Source: Gammaproteobacteria bacterium (GTDB lineage: Bacteria > Pseudomonadota > Gammaproteobacteria > Steroidobacterales > UBA11654). Taken from it: 64,000 nt of DNA. The position numbers and the translations under genes were made by a program. The DNA is taken from assembly GCA_002691465.1 (NCBI GenBank), contig NZHP01000028.1, positions 5,263 to 69,262 of the forward strand, written 5' to 3'. A model generated the notes under the pieces. The model was not told where the DNA came from and ran no database searches. It was given only the letters and a program-made list of their open reading frames with translations. Of the stretch, positions 55,920-64,000 are shown in pieces. Each line of letters starts with the position of its first letter. The stretch's first letter is position 1.

Positions 55920-58529
55920 TTAAAATTCATAATCAATCGAGAGATTTAGTAATCTTCCTCTGGGATCATGCAGTCTTGTGTCAAAACTAAAATCGGGCGC
56001 GTCATAGACCAGAGGTGCAGACTCATCGAAGGCGTTGATTAGATGCAGTCCCAGTTCAATTATCTGACCACTGACCGAAATATCTTTTGTGACACCTACG
56101 TCAAAGACTAAAAAAGAATCTATGTTATTTGTATAACCATTGTTCGTTGCTGACTCAGGAAGCGGTCTTTGATTTTCATATGAATCCAAATATCTCGCAT
56201 TAATAGAGTATCGTGTATCACCTATTCTTAAACCCATCAAAGCATTAAGTCTTAAGCGAGGCAGAGAATGTGTATGTGCATTGTAATTAAACCTCCCAAC
56301 TCTGTTTATCATTTTTGCAGAGTGACCTGCATCATCCTCTTCGTCATGCTCAGGAGTTAAGTATTCCAATAAATGAGTAGCATTGATGCCTAGATCAAAA
56401 ATTTGTCCGCTTTTAAATACTTTTCTATAGTCAACAGACAAATCAAGTCCTTTTACAATTGTCTTCTCTTCATTGAAAAACGTCGTTTTTACAGCGACGA
56501 TATCTCCGTATTCATTTCTTTGAATTGCCAAGCTACTTGGATTATCAAGAATTTTTGTTTGAGCATCTTCAAGCTCAAGACGATCTTTGTAGTCAATTTT
56601 CCAGAAATCCATTGAGACTGAAGTATTCTGATCAAATGACCATGACAGTCCGAGATTTGTATTAATTGAACTCGCGGGCTCCAATTCTGGATTTCCAAGC
56701 TGTATCACTCTCACAAACAAAGAAGTAGTTTGTTCGATCCCATTAATGACATCTCTAACACCACCTAGGGCGATCTCTGAGCTAAATAATTGCGCCATTG
56801 AGGGTGTTGAGAAAGATGTGCCAATTGAAGCTCTTATGTTTAAATTTTCAATTGGTCTGTAATTCAATGTTAGCTTAGGATCCAATGAGGATTCATCATC
56901 AACTTTTTCAAATCTTGATGCAAAAAGTAAGTCAATCCTTTCAGAGAAAATCTTTTCAAGTTCAAAAAATATCGCCTCTTTGTCTCGTTTTGCAAAAGTA
57001 TTTCTTCCCCCACCTAGAAATAGTAAGTCCGCACTTTTGATGAGGTCTCCATCAGAATCAAATTCAGCGCGAGATAGTTCGTTATAAGAGACATCCAGAG
57101 ATTCCTCACTGATTTGTATTCCCATGGCAAGATTATTTGTTCCTAATTTTGTTCTGAGTATTGCATCTATTGATGTGAGCTCACCAATCTTCAAGCTTTG
57201 TTCAGATCCCTTGATGTATTCGATCAGACTTGATGAATTAAGAAGAGGGTTAAATAGATTCCATGTCTCATTACCATTGGCTCCGCCCTTGCCAGCAATA
57301 GCCATTTCCATTCTAGAGTTAATTGTATCCGGTCTATTATGGAAATTTTTATGCTTACTTTTTGTAACAGATAATTCCAGATTTGCTTGATTTTCTAACT
57401 CAATATTCACAGATCCGCTGAAGTGATATTGATCGATGTCTTTTGGAGATATTGGGGAGGGAAATGCAGATCCTAGAGGCCTGCCATACCAAGTAACTGG
57501 GACATTGAATGGGCTACCCCCTTGTCCAGGTAAGATTTTTCTAGACATAAATGATAGTGCCGGATAAGAGGGTGATTGAGGGTTATCATTTACATCAATA
57601 CTTGCATCAATATATTTGAAATTAAAGCTTAAATTATCAATGTCTTTTTTATAACTGAGATAGAATTTTTCATGATCTTCATCATTTACGATATTGAATC
57701 GAGTGCCATAAAGAAACTTGCAAAATGGACCTTGAATTACACCTCCGTTTTGAAGACAGTTAGGGTCAGCAACCCAGTCTCCTTTGGAATATGAACCTAT
57801 ATAGTCTCCAGACGATACGCTATCAGCCTCCGAGACTTTAAACGTATTTCCAAGCGTGCTTAAACCGTTCTCTGCAATCTTAGGTATTTCAATTGATGGC
57901 AGGGCACTCCTTTTGAGGACATTGGCAGCAATGACAAGGTTTGAATCATTAAATCTTTTTCCATAGATGATTCCAAAAACATTATCTTTTTGGTCATAGT
58001 TCGTTGTTTCTTGCTGAGATAAATTCATCTTGAGTCCTTCGAAGTCATCCTCAGTAATGAAATTGATCACACCTGCAACAGCATCACTCCCATAAAGGGA
58101 CGTTGCCCCTTCTTTTAAGACTTCAACTCTATTCAAGGCAATCTCGGGAATGATATTGACATCGATGTAACCCTCTCCTTCATGCGATGGCGTGCCTGCA
58201 AATGTTTGTCTTTTCTGGTTAATTAGGACAAGAGTTGATGCATGATCGAGGCCTCTAAGTGTAATTGCTGCCATGCCTTGGTCTACACCATCAAGTGTAT
58301 TTGATTGAAAATGAGCTCCCGCAGCGCTGGCTAAGTATTTGCTGATTTCTCCAACCGTGCTGACATTCAAATTTTTGAAATCAGTTTGATCGATAATCTG
58401 AGTTCCGATGTCATTTGCTCTCGATCCAATATAACTGCCTGTGACCTTGATTTCTTCAATCTCTTCAGCATCCACTAAAGAAAATAAGCTGAAGAGGATT
58501 AAGAGTAATAGTTTAGATCTTATATTCAT
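55920..58529 (-). CDS. TonB-dependent outer-membrane receptor
   Basis: 869 aa. Signal peptide, plug domain (VEVLKEGATSLYGSDAVAGVINFIT), beta-barrel body, C-terminal ...LSIDYEF. Confidence 0.9.
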   Translation of the reverse strand: MNIRSKLLLLILFSLFSLVDAEEIEEIKVTGSYIGSRANDIGTQIIDQTDFKNLNVSTVGEISKYLASAAGAHFQSNTLDGVDQGMAAITLRGLDHASTLVLINQKRQTFAGTPSHEGEGYIDVNIIPEIALNRVEVLKEGATSLYGSDAVAGVINFITEDDFEGLKMNLSQQETTNYDQKDNVFGIIYGKRFNDSNLVIAANVLKRSALPSIEIPKIAENGLSTLGNTFKVSEADSVSSGDYIGSYSKGDWVADPNCLQNGGVIQGPFCKFLYGTRFNIVNDEDHEKFYLSYKKDIDNLSFNFKYIDASIDVNDNPQSPSYPALSFMSRKILPGQGGSPFNVPVTWYGRPLGSAFPSPISPKDIDQYHFSGSVNIELENQANLELSVTKSKHKNFHNRPDTINSRMEMAIAGKGGANGNETWNLFNPLLNSSSLIEYIKGSEQSLKIGELTSIDAILRTKLGTNNLAMGIQISEESLDVSYNELSRAEFDSDGDLIKSADLLFLGGGRNTFAKRDKEAIFFELEKIFSERIDLLFASRFEKVDDESSLDPKLTLNYRPIENLNIRASIGTSFSTPSMAQLFSSEIALGGVRDVINGIEQTTSLFVRVIQLGNPELEPASSINTNLGLSWSFDQNTSVSMDFWKIDYKDRLELEDAQTKILDNPSSLAIQRNEYGDIVAVKTTFFNEEKTIVKGLDLSVDYRKVFKSGQIFDLGINATHLLEYLTPEHDEEDDAGHSAKMINRVGRFNYNAHTHSLPRLRLNALMGLRIGDTRYSINARYLDSYENQRPLPESATNNGYTNNIDSFLVFDVGVTKDISVSGQIIELGLHLINAFDESAPLVYDAPDFSFDTRLHDPRGRLLNLSIDYEF

Positions 58530-58604
58530 TATCTTTGTCTTGTATAAAATGCGATTTATTATAGTCTATGATTCTAGAAATCATAAATTCTGGATTAAAA
58601 AAAT

Positions 58605-59471
58605 ATGAAAAAATATTCAACTTTCATCCTTTTATTTGCATGCATGCTTTTCATTAAGTCGTCTCCTGTTTTTTCAGCTGATAAGTTATTGGTTGGGGTT
58701 CTTGGTGCGTCAGGCAGAACAGGCGTTCACATCATTGATCAGCTCAAACAAAGAGATGTCGATATAAGAGCCTTTTCAAGAAGAATTGAAGGAATTGATG
58801 ATTCAGCTTCTCTGAGCTGGGTCTTTGCAGATGTGACGGATGAAGAAAGCTTAAATGAAGCATTTAAAGACGTAGATATCATTATTTCTGCAATTGGTGC
58901 TGCTGGTGGAGATACTTCAGAAACTGTAGATTATTATGGAACGATCAATATCGTTGCATCGGCCAAGAAGAATAAGGTCAAGCAAATCATCTACATGTCA
59001 TCAATTGGGGCTGGTGGAGCTGAAAATATTTCCACTGTGATTTTAAATCTTCTAGCTGACAAAACCATGAAATGGAAGGCACTTGCTGAAGATGAGATTC
59101 GCAATAGCGGGATTCCATTTACAATTGTTCGGCCTGGAGGACTTGTTGGTGAGCCATTCTCTCAAGGTATAAAATTTTCTCAAGGCGATAAATTATTAGG
59201 ATGGATACCTAGAGAAGATGTTGCAGCCGTTCTGATTGAGTCAATTTTTAAAGATGGCGCTAAAAATAAGACATTTGAAGTCATTAATGATGACTCACTT
59301 CCAGTTGATGCATGGCGAAATGAGTTTGATTCTCTTGAGCTAAATCAATTTGGTGTGATTGCAAGCGGTGAATTACCGACTAGATATTGGTTAATGCCAT
59401 TATTGGTTTTGATTGCAATTATCTATTTGATCAGGAGAAGAAGAGCAAGGAAGTTAAACCACTCCCTCTGA
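58605..59471 (+). CDS. NAD(P)-binding Rossmann (NmrA/atypical-SDR-like) protein with signal peptide and C-terminal TM anchor
   Basis: 288 aa. MKKYSTFILLFACMLFIKSSPVFSA signal-like N-terminus, GVLGASGRTG dinucleotide loop, C-terminal YWLMPLLVLIAIIYLIRRRRARK. Confidence 0.75.
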   Translation: MKKYSTFILLFACMLFIKSSPVFSADKLLVGVLGASGRTGVHIIDQLKQRDVDIRAFSRRIEGIDDSASLSWVFADVTDEESLNEAFKDVDIIISAIGAAGGDTSETVDYYGTINIVASAKKNKVKQIIYMSSIGAGGAENISTVILNLLADKTMKWKALAEDEIRNSGIPFTIVRPGGLVGEPFSQGIKFSQGDKLLGWIPREDVAAVLIESIFKDGAKNKTFEVINDDSLPVDAWRNEFDSLELNQFGVIASGELPTRYWLMPLLVLIAIIYLIRRRRARKLNHSL

Positions 59472-60659
59472 TTTATATTTTTCAATTTCCTCGGCTGTCT
59501 TGCCCAGCATATCCTCCAATACTTCAGAGGTGTGTTCGCTCAATTCTGGACCAGCCCATTCTGTTGTACCAGGCGTTTCTGTCAAAATAGGAAGCATTGC
59601 TGGAATTTGCAATGTTCTCCCATTGGCTTCGACCTCATGGAACATTCCTCTTGCTATGTAATGTTCATCATTAATCATATCTTCAACACTATAAATGGGT
59701 CCGGCGGGTACTGAAACATCGTCCATAATAGATAAAACTTCTTCGGCCGTATGCTTACGAGTCCATTCTTCGATGGCTGTATCTATGACTTTTTCGTGCA
59801 CAACACGCCCTTGATTTTCCTCGTACCTGTCATCTTCAGCCATATCGGGTCGATCGATTGCATTCATTAATCGTTTAAAAATGGAGTCTCCATTTCCCCC
59901 AATAATGACGTGCTTATCGTCAGATGTGATGTAGGTGTTTGTTGGAACAATACCTGTAATCGTTGATCCCGAAGGCTCCCTAACCGCACCACATCCGGAG
60001 TATTCAGGCACAACGGCTTCCATCATTTGGAATACCGATTCGTATATTGCAGCATCAACAACCTGACCTTTCTTTTCAGGATCTTTTTCTCTTTGGATAT
60101 ATGCCAGCATAACCCCCATTGCTGCGTGTAGTCCTGCTAGAGTATCACCAATGCTTAAATTGGGACGAACAGGCGGACGATCTGGAAAACCATTGACATA
60201 CCTAAAACCACCAAAGCCTTCACAAACTGAGGCATAACCTGGAAGATGTGAGCGAGGCCCTGTTTGACCGTAGCCCGATATCCGTGCAGTGATCAGACCA
60301 GGATTTTCTTTTTTTAATTCGTCCGGACTCATTCCCCATTTTTCCAAAGTGCCTGGCTTAAAATTTTCGATCAAAACATCAGATTTTAAAATTAAGTCTT
60401 TGGCTACCTGTCTGCCTTCATCAGATTTTAGATTCAGCGTGATTGATTTTTTATTTCTTGAAACGCTGTGCCACCAATACGAGGTATTGTTCTCTGTTAG
60501 ACGCCAATATCTAACAGGATCTCCCGTGGGAGGTTCAATTTTGATGACTTCAGCACCAAAATATCCAAGAACGCTCCCAGTGAAAGGTCCAGCAATAAGC
60601 TGACCCATTTCAATGACTCTCATTCCGTCTAAAGGTCTCTTTTTATTCACACTTGTCAT
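59454..60659 (-). CDS. family III CoA-transferase (CaiB/BaiF-like)
   Basis: 401 aa. PLDGMRVIEMGQLIAGPF N-terminus, VLIENFKPG, catalytic-Asp region GDTLAG. Confidence 0.9.
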   Translation of the reverse strand: MTSVNKKRPLDGMRVIEMGQLIAGPFTGSVLGYFGAEVIKIEPPTGDPVRYWRLTENNTSYWWHSVSRNKKSITLNLKSDEGRQVAKDLILKSDVLIENFKPGTLEKWGMSPDELKKENPGLITARISGYGQTGPRSHLPGYASVCEGFGGFRYVNGFPDRPPVRPNLSIGDTLAGLHAAMGVMLAYIQREKDPEKKGQVVDAAIYESVFQMMEAVVPEYSGCGAVREPSGSTITGIVPTNTYITSDDKHVIIGGNGDSIFKRLMNAIDRPDMAEDDRYEENQGRVVHEKVIDTAIEEWTRKHTAEEVLSIMDDVSVPAGPIYSVEDMINDEHYIARGMFHEVEANGRTLQIPAMLPILTETPGTTEWAGPELSEHTSEVLEDMLGKTAEEIEKYKSEGVV

Positions 60660-61525
60660 TTGTTTTCATCCTTAATATTTTCTTGATACCATTTTTTAAT
60701 TCCTGCTCCTATCTCATTTGGAGAATCCTCTTGAATGAAATGGATACCTTCAACAGTGATTTCACTCTGATTATGCCAAGTTCTGCAGAAATCACGAACA
60801 GACCCTTGTATGATTGCACCAGGTTCAGCATTGATGAAGAGTTTAGGGAGATTATTTTTACTCATCCATTCAGAATATTCACTTACTATTTTACACACAT
60901 TTTCTGGCTGTCCTTCGATGGGAATTTCCCTGGGCCAGCTAAGCATGGCTCTTCTATCTTCTCCTGAATGAAAAAATGGCTCTCTATAGATCCCCATTTC
61001 GTCATCATCAAGATCTCTAATGATTGATCCCGTAAGAATTTTCTCAATAAAAACGTTTTTTTGAAGAATCAATTCTTCCCCAGCATCAGATCTTAAGGCT
61101 TGAAAAAGACCACGACTTTGTTCATTCCATTCATCCCATTTGAGCTCTTTGACAATCCCTTCCATGTAAGCGATACCCTCAATTCTATTTTGGTTATGAA
61201 ATGCCCAGTGGAATCCAAGAGCGGAACCCCAATCATGAAGAACAAGAGTGATTTTCTCATTAGGTATAACTTTTTCTATTGCCTGATTGATGTAGTGAAA
61301 GTGTTCCTCGAATTTATAAGAATCTGGACCCGAGTCATCCAATTTATCCGACTTGCCCATTCCAATTAAATCAAAGACAAAACACGATGCGACCGATTCA
61401 AGGTGGGGAGTAATATTTCTCCATAGGTATGACGAAGTTGGGTTTCCGTGAAGAAAAACAATCGGAGTACCATTGCCCGATTGATTGTAGGCAATATTTT
61501 TACCATTTATATTGACGTGCTTCAC
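60656..61525 (-). CDS. haloalkane dehalogenase (HLD-II subfamily-like alpha/beta hydrolase)
   Basis: 289 aa. FLHGNPTSSYLWRN, nucleophile LVLHDWGSALG, IAYMEGIV, catalytic His GIHFIQEDSP. ATGA overlap with the CoA-transferase gene. Confidence 0.85.
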   Translation of the reverse strand: MKHVNINGKNIAYNQSGNGTPIVFLHGNPTSSYLWRNITPHLESVASCFVFDLIGMGKSDKLDDSGPDSYKFEEHFHYINQAIEKVIPNEKITLVLHDWGSALGFHWAFHNQNRIEGIAYMEGIVKELKWDEWNEQSRGLFQALRSDAGEELILQKNVFIEKILTGSIIRDLDDDEMGIYREPFFHSGEDRRAMLSWPREIPIEGQPENVCKIVSEYSEWMSKNNLPKLFINAEPGAIIQGSVRDFCRTWHNQSEITVEGIHFIQEDSPNEIGAGIKKWYQENIKDENK

Positions 61526-61531
61526 AATTTT

Positions 61532-62368
61532 TTAGCTACCAATGGCGTTTTCAATGAGTTCGAGAAATTCATTCTCATTGTCGATATTGCTCACATCGCT
61601 TGCACTGACGGTGTATCCATATTCTGAAGCAATTTTTTCATATTTATTCTTTCGATAATCAAGCAGTTTTGGAAAAATCCATCGAACGAAATCATCAGGA
61701 TCCATAATATTTTGCTCAACATTTTTTTCGTCAGTGTAAATTTTTAAATGCTCATTAAGAAAATCTTCCGTATAGAACATTGGCTTTGGATTTTTTATTG
61801 CTCTTTTGATTAATTCATCTCTTATTGATGAATCTGCTTCAATGTATAGGATTAATGTATTCTCAACCAGAGCATCCATCGATTCTGTGCCATAAAGCTC
61901 ACAAATGCTTCCACCTGCATCATTGATGAAATGATCGTAATTATAAATTCTTTGAGATTTTTCTATAAAATCAGGCACATCCTTCATAGCCTTCATCTCT
62001 GCATCCATGTGCAGTTGTTGTCTCTTTATAAACTCATCAATGCTTAAACCGCCTTTGCTCCGATCTCCTATTTTTCCCAAAAACGATGAGATAGGCATCA
62101 GGTTATCCACGGTAATATTGCTGGAAATATATATGGAGTCTGATTTTAAGAGTTCGGCAAGGAAAGGCACATCCATTGCTTTCTCCTTGATGTTATCCAA
62201 TATAGGTTCTTCTAGATATTTTGTTCCAATTCGATAATCTCCAGAATAGTGAAACCATTTTGATTTGGGTAATTTATTGGCAAGTGTTGTCTTGCCTACG
62301 CCCGACATACCCAATAGCGTGATCGACTTATGTTTCCAATCATTAAAATCTTTTTTGCTCAGTTTCAT
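61532..62368 (-). CDS. P-loop NTPase/kinase-like protein, unknown function
   Basis: 278 aa. Walker A LLGMSGVGKTTL near the N-terminus. No further family assignment. Confidence 0.6.
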   Translation of the reverse strand: MKLSKKDFNDWKHKSITLLGMSGVGKTTLANKLPKSKWFHYSGDYRIGTKYLEEPILDNIKEKAMDVPFLAELLKSDSIYISSNITVDNLMPISSFLGKIGDRSKGGLSIDEFIKRQQLHMDAEMKAMKDVPDFIEKSQRIYNYDHFINDAGGSICELYGTESMDALVENTLILYIEADSSIRDELIKRAIKNPKPMFYTEDFLNEHLKIYTDEKNVEQNIMDPDDFVRWIFPKLLDYRKNKYEKIASEYGYTVSASDVSNIDNENEFLELIENAIGS

Positions 62369-62497
62369 AGTTTTCTTAATTTCAGATACTAGATGAGAAT
62401 TTGTTTCATCAAACCCATTGATAATTATGATAATTTATCGGAAAAGGTTATCATGGGCGACTTTTTATAACAGTAAAAATCTTCAGGAAAATTTGGG

Positions 62498-64000
62498 ATG
62501 AGTCAAAAAGACTGGGAAGTATATAAATTTGGTGGCACAAGCATGAAGAATGCTGATGCACTCAAACAAGTGGGCAACCTGATCATGAATAGTGATTCAG
62601 ACAATCTCATAGTAGTTGTTTCTGCAATGAGTGGAATGACAGATGACCTTTTGAGCTTCTCACAAACAAAAGACGAAAAGTTGCTTGAAGCAATTGAATC
62701 TCGTTACATAGAGACGGTTGGAACTTTACTAAAAGATTCTGCAGAGGAACACAGGCTCATTGAGGAATTCAGGCAAGACATTGAAAAAATAAAGGATCTA
62801 GCAGAGCAAAAGGATCACAACTCCATGAATGTCGAAGAGAATGAAATTTTAGGTTTTGGTGAGATTTGGTCATCAAAGATTCTTTACCATTATTTGGCAT
62901 CACTGAGTGAAATCAAAAGCTCGTGGATAAATCCCATGGAATTTTTGGTCATTCGCAATCAGGAGATGGGCGCCAATGTCAATTGGTCCAAATCAAAAGA
63001 AGCTTTCAATCAAAGCTTTCAGGACATGGAAGGAAAAATAATAATGGGCGGTTTTATTGCATCTGATGAGGAAGGCAGACCAACAAATCTTGGGCGTAAC
63101 GGTAGTGATTATTCTGCGTCCATTCTTGGATCATTATCTGAATCCAATTCAGTGACCATCTGGACTGATGTCGATGGTGTTTTGACAGGTGATCCTAGAG
63201 TGGTCTCTAAGGCAAGAATCATTGAGCAAATGACATATGACGAAGCTGTCGAGTTGTCTTATTTCGGTGCCGAAGTGATACATCCAAAAACGATGGCTCC
63301 TTTGATGCATAAAGGAACGCATCTTTACATCAAAAATACATTCAATCCAGAATCTGCTGGAACTTGCATCTCTTCCAAACAAAAGAATATTCGTGCCGTA
63401 AAAGGAATAACTACAATCAAAGGAATAGCACTTATCAATATAGAAGGAACAGGAATGATTGGGGTCCCAGGCATTGTTAACCGTTTGGGAAGTGTTCTTC
63501 AAATGGCAAATATATCAATTGTTTTAATCTCGCAAGCAGGTTCAGAGCATAGCATTTGTTTTGCTGTTCGTTCGAAAGATATTAAAAAAGCAGCAGATGT
63601 CATTAAACAAGAGTTTGAAAATGATTTTAAGAATAAAAATCTAAACGCACTTCAGGTTGAAGAAGATTGCAGCATTCTCGCCATTGTCGGTTCCGGAATG
63701 ACTGGAACCAAAGGGATTGCGGCTAAGTTTTTCAATGCAATTTCATTGTCTCAAACAAATGTCATTGCAATTGCTCAGGGCTCATCAGAGAAAAACATTT
63801 CAGTAGTCATCAAGAGTGAGCAAATGAATCGGGCCACATCTTTCGTTCATGATGCATTTTTTAATCCAAGCAAGCAGATTGCAATCGGAATCTTAGGATA
63901 TGGATCAATTGGTCAAGAACTCCATAAACAGATCTTAAATGAAAGCTATACGCTTCAAGAGAAAGAGAATATATCTTTGGAGGTCATTGGATTAAGCAAT
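62498..64000 (+). CDS. thrA: bifunctional aspartokinase/homoserine dehydrogenase (3' end beyond the window)
   Basis: Not in the supplied ORF track. ATG 62498, frame open for 501 codons to the window edge. YKFGGTSM, VVVSAMSGMTD, GRNGSDYSAS, TIWTDVDGVLTGDPR, two ACT-like segments, then IGILGYGSIGQEL (HSDH NAD loop). Confidence 0.9.
   Translation, partial: MSQKDWEVYKFGGTSMKNADALKQVGNLIMNSDSDNLIVVVSAMSGMTDDLLSFSQTKDEKLLEAIESRYIETVGTLLKDSAEEHRLIEEFRQDIEKIKDLAEQKDHNSMNVEENEILGFGEIWSSKILYHYLASLSEIKSSWINPMEFLVIRNQEMGANVNWSKSKEAFNQSFQDMEGKIIMGGFIASDEEGRPTNLGRNGSDYSASILGSLSESNSVTIWTDVDGVLTGDPRVVSKARIIEQMTYDEAVELSYFGAEVIHPKTMAPLMHKGTHLYIKNTFNPESAGTCISSKQKNIRAVKGITTIKGIALINIEGTGMIGVPGIVNRLGSVLQMANISIVLISQAGSEHSICFAVRSKDIKKAADVIKQEFENDFKNKNLNALQVEEDCSILAIVGSGMTGTKGIAAKFFNAISLSQTNVIAIAQGSSEKNISVVIKSEQMNRATSFVHDAFFNPSKQIAIGILGYGSIGQELHKQILNESYTLQEKENISLEVIGLSN

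Noticed and set aside
58530-58604. A riboswitch (for example cobalamin or TPP) in the 5' region of the TonB-dependent receptor.
   Set aside because: The spacer is only 75 nt of AT-rich sequence, too short and lacking conserved aptamer blocks.
51768-62400. The idea that the accessory-looking genes after tRNA-Lys (OMT, DUF2237, 2OG oxygenase, LLM, TBDR, dehalogenase, and so on) form a tRNA-integrated genomic island.
   Set aside because: There is no integrase or recombinase gene and no direct repeat of the tRNA 3' end that I could spot. Gene density and composition look like the rest of the window.
62369-62497. A thr-operon-type leader peptide or attenuator upstream of thrA.
   Set aside because: The only mini-ORF is MGDFL-stop. 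There is no Thr/Ile codon run and no terminator or antiterminator hairpins.
1-64000. CRISPR arrays, IS elements or transposases, prophage genes, toxin-antitoxin pairs, and known defence systems.
   Set aside because: I looked through all ORFs and spacers. There are no repeat-spacer arrays, no transposase, integrase or phage-like ORFs, and every intergenic region is shorter than about 140 nt.

Overview
The window is a visibly AT-rich, very tightly packed bacterial chromosome segment. I did not compute GC content. I call about 61 protein genes and one tRNA-Lys(UUU). I found no rRNA, CRISPR array, IS or transposon, prophage or recognisable defence genes. All intergenic spacers are shorter than about 140 nt. 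Gene order points to a gammaproteobacterium: valS-holC-pepA divergent from lptF-lptG; cpoB(ybgF) followed by tRNA-Lys; purM-purN next to hda. The AT-richness and compaction suggest a streamlined marine lineage, possibly SAR86-like, but that is only a guess.

The main candidate system is a same-strand operon at 16254-25449:
- It encodes 2-aminoethylphosphonate (AEP) biosynthesis: PEP mutase fused to a nucleotidyltransferase-like domain, phosphonopyruvate decarboxylase and an AEP transaminase.
- A canonical LicC/PntC-like nucleotidyltransferase follows.
- An unusual membrane module comes next: a 64-aa peptide, a TagF-like phosphotransferase, a YejM/DUF3413 sulfatase-fold protein with an intact SDHG motif, and a divergent YidC-like insertase.
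- The operon ends at the only strong hairpin terminator in the window.
- A UbiD-family gene ends 17 nt upstream. It has lost both acidic residues of the conserved E-G-P-[FY]-G-[ED] segment, and a canonical ubiX lies nearby.

Other points worth a second look:
- MetRS is split exactly at the linker before its tRNA-binding domain, on an A_AAA_AAA-TGA site.
- The YejM-like gene has its first transmembrane helix encoded upstream of any canonical start, next to a T_TTT_TTA run. Both this break and the MetRS break would be repaired by one extra base in a 7-nt homopolymer.
- ProRS lacks the INS editing domain.
- A PDH E2/E3 pair has no adjacent E1, and the lipoyl domain is duplicated between the two genes.
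- A Rossmann NAD(P)-binding protein appears to be exported.
- Two likely pseudo-enzymes are present.
- A 5' partial thrA at the right edge is missing from the supplied ORF track.

All functional calls come from by-eye motif and family recognition. No database search was run.
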